Positions 57,915-64,000 of a stretch of DNA of 64,000 nt are shown one piece after another. The stretch is from NCBI GenBank assembly GCA_012522795.1, contig JAAYJT010000057.1:44807-108806 (forward strand), read 5' to 3'. The notes under the pieces are model-generated. The model was not told the DNA's origin. It saw only the letters and a list, made by a program, of their open reading frames with translations, and searched no databases. Each line of letters begins with the position of its first letter. Position 1 is the first letter of the stretch. The translations under genes were made by a program, and so were the position numbers. This DNA is from Bacteroidales bacterium (lineage in GTDB: Bacteria > Bacteroidota > Bacteroidia > Bacteroidales > JAAYJT01).

Positions 57915-58114
57915 ATTCATTATGCACTTTTCTGATTTGCAATAAAATTACATATCTCTTATTTCAATCCGGGACAGTAGCGTAAATTTAAAATACATTT
58001 CTACACAGTTGATTTGTGATCATAGATTTCTGAATCTTAGGCACTCATAATTTGAAGACAAAATTTAAGTTGTTTATAGGAAATGGCATTTGCACATTTA
58101 GCGCATAAAGATGC

Positions 58115-58993
58115 TCAAGCATTCAGCTTTTTGGGTTCCATGTGAATAGTAGCTGTAATTCCGGTTTCCTCCCAGATTGCATTTTCAATTCTTGTTGCTA
58201 TCTCATGAGCATTATGTAGTGTAAGTTCGGGTTGTAATTTAATGTGACAGGTAAGCTCAGTATGATCGCCATAGTTATGGATGTGAATATGATGCAGTTG
58301 CACGTCTTGCCCAATTACTTCAAAAGAAATGTGTTCAAGCTTTTGTATTAGCTTTTCGTCAGGTTTTTCTCCCATAATACTTTGAGCTGATTCTTTTATA
58401 ATCCCAAAGGCTGCATAAAACAACGCGAGTGATACAAAAATTCCCATTACTCCGTCAATCCACCAATAGCGTGTTCCAATAAAAATTCCCACAAGGATCA
58501 ATAATGATGACAGAGCATCGCTACGATGATGCCAGCCATCAGCCTTTACTGATTTAACTGATGTTTTTTTGTAGATCCAAAAAGCATATTGCGCCATGCC
58601 TTCTTTTACAACAACTGATATAACGGTAATTATTATTGCCCTCATCCCATAATTCGCACCTGTATGCTCAAAAAGCTTTTCAATTGATTCATATAAAAAA
58701 TTAAATCCAATCACCCCAAGCAGAGTGCCAATTATCAATGCAGTTATCCATTCTGCCCTGCCATGGCCAAAAGGGTGATCGCTGTCAGCTGGTTTTGAAG
58801 CCACTTTGATACCAAATAGCATTATAACGGAAGTCAAAGAATCACTTAAAGTATGCCAGGCATCAGCAATAAGAGCAACTGAGCCACTGATAATACCAAC
58901 CCAGTATTTCAGCACAAATAAAATAGTGTTCATTATCAGCGAAAACCAGCCTTCTTTTTTCGCCAAATCCATCTTTTCATTTTTGGTTCTCAT
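58115..58993 (-). CDS. Cation diffusion facilitator (CDF) family metal efflux transporter
   Basis: Six TM segments with ALIADAWHTLSD and HHRSDALSS metal-site motifs and a C-terminal cytoplasmic domain. Its start overlaps the ispD stop (ATGA). Confidence 0.9.
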   Translation of the reverse strand: MRTKNEKMDLAKKEGWFSLIMNTILFVLKYWVGIISGSVALIADAWHTLSDSLTSVIMLFGIKVASKPADSDHPFGHGRAEWITALIIGTLLGVIGFNFLYESIEKLFEHTGANYGMRAIIITVISVVVKEGMAQYAFWIYKKTSVKSVKADGWHHRSDALSSLLILVGIFIGTRYWWIDGVMGIFVSLALFYAAFGIIKESAQSIMGEKPDEKLIQKLEHISFEVIGQDVQLHHIHIHNYGDHTELTCHIKLQPELTLHNAHEIATRIENAIWEETGITATIHMEPKKLNA

Positions 58994-59670
58994 GGCTTTG
59001 CTGACTGATGTTTTTTAAGAGCTTCTGCCACAACAAGGTCGGCAGCCCGTGTTATCTTTATGTTTTCTGTATCTCCTTTGGTCAAGAAAATATTAACTCC
59101 GTAAGCTTCCACAACAGAGGCATCATCAGTAAAAGACTCATTGTATTGTTGCTCATAGGCTTTTTTAAGTACTGAGGTCGTAAAAACCTGAGGCGTTTGA
59201 ACCAATCTAAGTTTTGTTCTGTCAACAGATTCATTGTTTTGACCTTCAATTTTCCGAACTGAATCGCTTATTTCAACAACAGGGACAACAGCTTTATGAA
59301 CCGATGCAAGATCGTACGATTCAATGATAATTTCATTACTTATCAGTGGTCTGGCAGCGTCATGAACAGCCACAATTCCATCCTTATCAACAAGGGCAAG
59401 CCCGTTTTTTACTGAGTAAAATCGTTCAGAACCTCCTGGAGCCAATTTGTGGGGGATGCTGAAATTATAAACCTGACAAAGCTTTTTCCATTCGTTCATC
59501 AGGCTCTCAGCAAGCACAATAATTATGTCAATATGCGGTATTGATCTGTGAAAAGCTTCAACTGAATGCATTAAAACCGGCTTGCCGCAAAGAATATCAA
59601 ATTGTTTTGGAATTGTATTGCTGTAACGTTTTCCAATGCCACCGGCAACAATAATCACGAACTTTTTCAA
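58990..59670 (-). CDS. ispD: 2-C-methyl-D-erythritol 4-phosphate cytidylyltransferase
   Basis: IIVAGGIGKR...PKQF, VHDAARP, and VQTPQVF. 226 aa. Confidence 0.9.
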   Translation of the reverse strand: MKKFVIIVAGGIGKRYSNTIPKQFDILCGKPVLMHSVEAFHRSIPHIDIIIVLAESLMNEWKKLCQVYNFSIPHKLAPGGSERFYSVKNGLALVDKDGIVAVHDAARPLISNEIIIESYDLASVHKAVVPVVEISDSVRKIEGQNNESVDRTKLRLVQTPQVFTTSVLKKAYEQQYNESFTDDASVVEAYGVNIFLTKGDTENIKITRAADLVVAEALKKHQSAKP

Positions 59671-59722
59671 AGCAGATTAGTGAGGTCTGTATGATAAAAA
59701 GGTATTTCCTATGATTTACAAG

Positions 59723-60778
59723 CTAAATAATGAGCATTGCATCTCCGTAGGTGAAGAAATTATATTTCTTTTCAACGGCAACTTTATAGGCATCCATCAC
59801 AAAATCGTAACCTCCAAAAGTACAAGCCATCATCATCATTGGCGACTGAGGTAAATGGAAGTTACTGATCAAGGAATTGGCAATACTAAATTCGTAGGGG
59901 GGAAAAATGAATTTATTAGTCCATCCTTTATAAGGTTTTAGAAAACCTGAAATTGTTACCGTTGATTCAATAGCTTTCATACTTGTAGTTCCTACAGCGC
60001 AAACTCGTTTCTTGTTTGCTTTTGCTTTATTCACAATTTCTACTGCTTCTGCACCAATTATAATTTCTTCTGAATCTGGCTTATGTTTTGTAAGATCCTC
60101 AACTTCAATACCCCTGAAATTTCCAATACCGGCATGAAGGGTGATTTCAGCAAATGTAGCGCCCTTCAACTCAAGTCTTTTCATCAATTCACGACTAAAA
60201 TGCATACCGGCTGACGGAGCTGCAACTGCCCCCACATGTTTGGCATAAATAGTTTGATAGCGTTCCTTGTCTTCAGGCTCAATATCCCTTATTCTCTGAA
60301 TTTCCTCAGGTATTGGGGGTCTTCCTATAGATTCAATATTTCTTTTAAACTCATCATAAGGAATATCATTTAGAAATCTGATTGTTCGTCCTCGTGAAGT
60401 AGTATTGTCAATTACTTCAGCTACCAGTGAATAATCATCACCAAAAATAAGCTTATTGCCAATTCGTATTTTACGAGCAGGATCAACAAGCACATCCCAT
60501 AAACGGGTTTCGGCATTAAGTTCACGTAACAGAAAAACAGTAATCTTAGCTTCAGTTTTCTCCTTTTCACCAGTGAGCAATGCCGGAAAAACCTTGGTGT
60601 TATTTATTATGAGAACATCGCCATCATCAAAATAATTAAGAATATCGTAGAACACCTTATGCTCAATAGTCTTTTCTTTCCTGTTAAGAACCATTAGTCT
60701 TGAATGATCCCGTTCAGTAGATGGATGTGTGGCAATAAGGCTACTAGGTAAATGAAATCTAAATTGTGATAATTTCAT
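59723..60778 (-). CDS. queA: S-adenosylmethionine:tRNA ribosyltransferase-isomerase
   Basis: [19 protein letters not shown]...[17 protein letters not shown], and [11 protein letters not shown]. The start is taken at the ATG at 60778. Confidence 0.95.
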   Translation of the reverse strand: MKLSQFRFHLPSSLIATHPSTERDHSRLMVLNRKEKTIEHKVFYDILNYFDDGDVLIINNTKVFPALLTGEKEKTEAKITVFLLRELNAETRLWDVLVDPARKIRIGNKLIFGDDYSLVAEVIDNTTSRGRTIRFLNDIPYDEFKRNIESIGRPPIPEEIQRIRDIEPEDKERYQTIYAKHVGAVAAPSAGMHFSRELMKRLELKGATFAEITLHAGIGNFRGIEVEDLTKHKPDSEEIIIGAEAVEIVNKAKANKKRVCAVGTTSMKAIESTVTISGFLKPYKGWTNKFIFPPYEFSIANSLISNFHLPQSPMMMMACTFGGYDFVMDAYKVAVEKKYNFFTYGDAMLII

Positions 60779-60946
60779 GTTTTTCTGATAAAGTCGGAAT
60801 GGCAATTTAAAAAAGGGTGCAAAGATAGGCTTTTTTCTTTTGATAATCAACAGATAGGGTGTTTTATTATGAAGTTTTCCGTTTTTTTTGTTTCATGATT
60901 TTTGAAAATCATGTAGTTTACTGTTTATGACAGCATTATGCTGAAC

Positions 60947-61672
60947 TCATTTTTCCTTCTTCAAATTGTTTCCCATTTTAATAATTAAATCCAATAACTC
61001 ATCTAAGTTAAAAGCCTTTTCCGAAGTAAAATCACCTATTCTGTCACGATGCAGAGAATACAGATGTGCGCCAGTGTTCAGCATAACTCCCAGATCACGG
61101 GCAATAGCTCTGATATACGTTCCCTTACTGCAAACAATACGAAATTTAATATCCGGTGGCAAAAATGACTCTATTCTGAAAGAATGAATATTTACTTTTC
61201 GTGCTTTCAGTTGCAGTTCCTCATCATTACGGGCATAACTATAAGCCCGTCTTCCCCCAACTTTTATAGCCGAAAAAACAGGCGGGACCTGAAAAATCTC
61301 TCCAGTAAGTTTTTGAGCCGCTCCTTCAACATCACTTAATTTTATATGTTCATACTGATATTCGCGGTCAAAATCAGTTTCAAGATCAAATGATGGAGTA
61401 GTACTGCCAAGTCTGAACACTCCACTGTATTCTTTTTCAAGATCCTGAATACTTTCAATTCTTTTGGTGAATTTTCCGGTACATAACACCAGCAATCCTG
61501 TAGCCAGAGGGTCAAGAGTGCCGGCATGTCCTATACGGATACGGGAAATATTAAGATGTATTTTTATAGCAGAACGCACTTTATTAACAACATCAAACGA
61601 TGTCCATGAAAAAGGCTTATTTACCAACAGGGTCTCACCCGAAATAAAATCAAAGTTGTACTTTGTCTGCAT
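60947..61672 (-). CDS. truB: tRNA pseudouridine(55) synthase
   Basis: LVNKPFSWTSFDVV, GHAGTLDPLATGLLVL, QVPPVFSAIKV, and SKGTYIR. Confidence 0.95.
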   Translation of the reverse strand: MQTKYNFDFISGETLLVNKPFSWTSFDVVNKVRSAIKIHLNISRIRIGHAGTLDPLATGLLVLCTGKFTKRIESIQDLEKEYSGVFRLGSTTPSFDLETDFDREYQYEHIKLSDVEGAAQKLTGEIFQVPPVFSAIKVGGRRAYSYARNDEELQLKARKVNIHSFRIESFLPPDIKFRIVCSKGTYIRAIARDLGVMLNTGAHLYSLHRDRIGDFTSEKAFNLDELLDLIIKMGNNLKKEK

Positions 61673-61707
61673 ACACGCAATTTAGAAACAACAGCCGGTA
61701 TTTGGGT

Positions 61708-62499
61708 TTAAAAAACCGAAACACCAATTGCAATAAACCCAATAATAAGGCAATAAATTGAAAAATATGAAATATTTCCTTTCCGAACCAGATTAAGCAT
61801 CCACGAACAAGCAATGACACCGGAAACAAAAGCAGCAATAAACCCAATTCCCAGCGAAGTTATTTCATGATTGTAAGCTGCAGGAGTTTGGAGTAAATCT
61901 TTTAGTTTTATAAGAGTGGCACCTGCAATTGGAGGCAACACCATTAAAAACGAAAAACGTGTGGCAATATTCCTGTCAACTCCAAGCAGCAATGCAGTAC
62001 CAATGGTAGCCCCCGACCGTGAAATTCCGGGCAAAATGGCTATGGTCTGAGCAATTCCTATCAAAAGGGCTTTAAGGTAACTTATATCCTTATCATTCTT
62101 TTTTACGAACCTTGTAAGAAACAAAACAGCAGCAGTAATAAGCAGCATAAACCCAACAAACATTATCCTTCCCTGAAAGAATCCTTCAATTTCGGATTCG
62201 AAAAGCAAACCTATAATTCCGGTAGGTATCATTGAGATCAGAATAAACACAACAAAACGGGTATGCTCATTCCATTTGAAACTGAATACCTGTACTATAA
62301 GGTTCCAGATATCTTTTCTGAAAACAACTATTATACTGAGCATGGTAGCAGCATGAACAATAACCGTAAACATCAGATTATCTGCGCTTTGAGTTCCAAG
62401 TACAGCTTTGCCAAGTTCAATATGCCCACTACTGCTAACCGGTAAAAATTCAGTAAGACCCTGTATTATGCCAAGAATAAGTGCTTCAATCCAATTCAT
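61708..62499 (-). CDS. uppP: Undecaprenyl-diphosphate phosphatase
   Basis: GLTEFLPVSSSGH and PGISRSGATI motifs. 263 aa with 8 TM. Confidence 0.95.
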   Translation of the reverse strand: MNWIEALILGIIQGLTEFLPVSSSGHIELGKAVLGTQSADNLMFTVIVHAATMLSIIVVFRKDIWNLIVQVFSFKWNEHTRFVVFILISMIPTGIIGLLFESEIEGFFQGRIMFVGFMLLITAAVLFLTRFVKKNDKDISYLKALLIGIAQTIAILPGISRSGATIGTALLLGVDRNIATRFSFLMVLPPIAGATLIKLKDLLQTPAAYNHEITSLGIGFIAAFVSGVIACSWMLNLVRKGNISYFSIYCLIIGFIAIGVSVF

Positions 62500-62511
62500 T
62501 TATCTGGCAGT

Positions 62512-62796
62512 TTAGTTTTCAACAGGTTTTTTCATTATGGCATATATCTCAATGATATAACCAATTAGAACAAATATTGGTGCCAGTGTAATTCTGCGAA
62601 AACTGAATATAGACTGATCAAAAACAGCAGGGTCTTTTGAGCCTCCTCCCGTCATAAAAATAAATCCTATTGCAATAAATATCAAACCAAGAATCAAAAG
62701 CATGTAATTTGACTTTTCGAAAAGAATACTATGCCCCGACTGAGGTGTTGGATTAGAAACCGGCTTTGTGGTTGATGATTTTTCTTTTGAGTTCAT
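62512..62796 (-). CDS. Small 2-TM membrane protein (DUF3098-like), conserved between ftsX and uppP in Bacteroidota
   Basis: 94 aa with two TM helices. The position between ftsX and uppP matches the conserved synteny I recall for DUF3098. Confidence 0.6.
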   Translation of the reverse strand: MNSKEKSSTTKPVSNPTPQSGHSILFEKSNYMLLILGLIFIAIGFIFMTGGGSKDPAVFDQSIFSFRRITLAPIFVLIGYIIEIYAIMKKPVEN

Positions 62797-62814
62797 AAAT
62801 AAATTTCTAAGTGA

Positions 62815-63693
62815 CTATTGATATAAATCGTCCAGGCTGGATCGCAGATATTTTCGAACTGCAAAATAAGTGGAAATAAATGAAAGCAGTACTCCGAGCA
62901 CTATTACTGATAAGACAAGTATAATAAACATCCCGGCATCCTGTATTTCAGCCAGTTCCGGCATTTCTTTCCGAGAAAAAAAGATTATCAAAGCAAGGAA
63001 TGTCAATGCTAAAAAAGCACTGTAAATACCATGTAAAACCCCTTGTTTAATAAATGGCTTGCGGATAAAACCCTGAGTAGCACCCACTAACTGCATGCTT
63101 CTTATCAGAAACCTTTTTGAATATACAGCCAGCCGGATAGTATTATTTATAAGTGCAACTGAAATAAGTAGTAATAATATGCTGAATCCCACCATTACCA
63201 GGCTGATCCTATTAATATTCTCATTTACTAAATGAACCAGTGATTTCTGATAAATAACCTCCTCAACAATGGAATTTGCAAGCAACTGCTTTTCAATATC
63301 CATCATATTTTCATTGGTGGTATAATCAGCTTTAAGTTTAACATCAATACTTGGCAGCAATGGGTTATAGCCTATAAAAGAAATAAAGTCCTCACCAAGA
63401 GCTTCTTGAAGATCAGAAGCTGCTTTTTCGCGCGGAATATATTCTGTAAACTTTGTATAAGGCTGTTTTTCAAGGGACTGCTGAAAATCAGTGATTAAAT
63501 TCTCCTTTACATCCCTTTTAATAATAATTGACAACCCAATATTTTCCCTTATAAGTACTGATAAGCGCCTGCCATGCAACATAGCGAGGCCTGCAAATCC
63601 AAGCATAAACAAAACCAGGCTTATACTAACAATAGTAGTGGCATATGATGATTTTAGCCTTCGGCGGGTGTGTTTATCTTCTATTCTCGTCAT
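62815..63693 (-). CDS. ftsX: Cell division protein FtsX-like permease
   Basis: An N-terminal TM, a periplasmic domain, three C-terminal TM helices, and MQLVGAT (the conserved FtsX motif). 292 aa. Confidence 0.85.
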   Translation of the reverse strand: MTRIEDKHTRRRLKSSYATTIVSISLVLFMLGFAGLAMLHGRRLSVLIRENIGLSIIIKRDVKENLITDFQQSLEKQPYTKFTEYIPREKAASDLQEALGEDFISFIGYNPLLPSIDVKLKADYTTNENMMDIEKQLLANSIVEEVIYQKSLVHLVNENINRISLVMVGFSILLLLISVALINNTIRLAVYSKRFLIRSMQLVGATQGFIRKPFIKQGVLHGIYSAFLALTFLALIIFFSRKEMPELAEIQDAGMFIILVLSVIVLGVLLSFISTYFAVRKYLRSSLDDLYQ

Positions 63694-63737
63694 GTCCGGA
63701 TTTAAGCAGGCGAAATTACAAAAAATTGTAAGTTTAA

Positions 63738-64000
63738 AGTTATATTAACAAATGTAGTGCAAGTAATACCGTAAAATTTTATAAAAATAACGCAATTATT
63801 ATGAATAATTCAGGCTAAAGAGTTTATGGATTGGGCAGAAACAAAACATAAAATCGGTTTCATAACCGGGCTTACTGGTAATGAGCTGTTGGGCAAGCTG
63901 TCCCGAACAACCATTGAGAGTGCAAAGCGAGAGTTCAAAGCCTGTCAAAAACCAGTAAAAAGATATCACAGCTTTTCTTACAAAGCAGCAAGCTGGCAAC
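63738..64000 (+). pseudogene. IS1380-like DDE transposase fragment: 5'-truncated, frameshifted, runs off the right edge
   Basis: The plus strand reads ...VKFYKNNAIIMNNSG* and then, in the next frame, AKEFMDWAETKHKIGFITGLTGNELLGKLSRTTIESAKREFKACQKPVKRYHSFSYKAASWQ. This matches the pattern R.DSGF...L..WCE...V.Y.FGL..N..L...[~30 aa]...F.Y.A.SW typical of IS1380-family transposases. No N-terminal part precedes it. Confidence 0.5.

Noticed and set aside
63799-63999. 66-aa minus-strand ORF at the right edge
   Set aside because: It is antisense to the much better supported IS1380-like reading frame on the plus strand, and its Cys/Phe-rich translation has no recognisable features.

Overview
This window looks like a low-GC chromosomal segment from an anaerobic Bacteroidota-type genome. 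The evidence is TAnnTTTG-type -7 promoter boxes, lipoprotein-rich secreted proteins, and the conserved ftsX-DUF3098-uppP-truB-queA gene order. I count about 60 credible protein genes and one tRNA-Ser(GGA), with no rRNA and no CRISPR array. Most of the content is housekeeping. It includes a wza/wzc-like capsule export pair, ltaE, a C-S lyase, a sigma-54 response regulator, cobO, mrp and a four-subunit 2-oxoacid:ferredoxin oxidoreductase operon. It also includes ssb, an exbB-exbD-exbD cluster, lnt, pgk, metG, class II (B12) ribonucleotide reductase, dnaK, a CcmF-like heme lyase, miaB, topA, ruvC, ispD, queA, truB, uppP and ftsX. One small glycan-degrading pair is present (a DUF4838-like hydrolase plus a GH29 fucosidase). 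Two patches look accessory or decayed. The first is 34.35-39.6 kb, which holds an IS5-type transposase remnant, an AraC regulator beside a collapsed efflux operon, two outer-membrane proteins and a small internal-repeat protein, all bracketed by a roughly 45-bp direct repeat. The second is the last ~260 bp, a 5'-truncated and frameshifted IS1380-like transposase lying directly next to ftsX. I do not see a convincing multi-gene novel system such as a defence island, retroelement or secretion locus. Four things deserve a second look most. (1) A structured intergenic repeat family with a 51-bp identical core hairpin, at 7.3 kb and 48.2 kb. (2) A tyrosine autokinase ending in a (Tyr-Gly)14-Tyr-Tyr tail. 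(3) The collapsed efflux locus and the repeat-flanked islet around it. (4) An arginase-fold protein whose canonical metal-ligand motifs are degenerate. All functional calls come from motif recognition by eye and memory of protein families. No database search was run.
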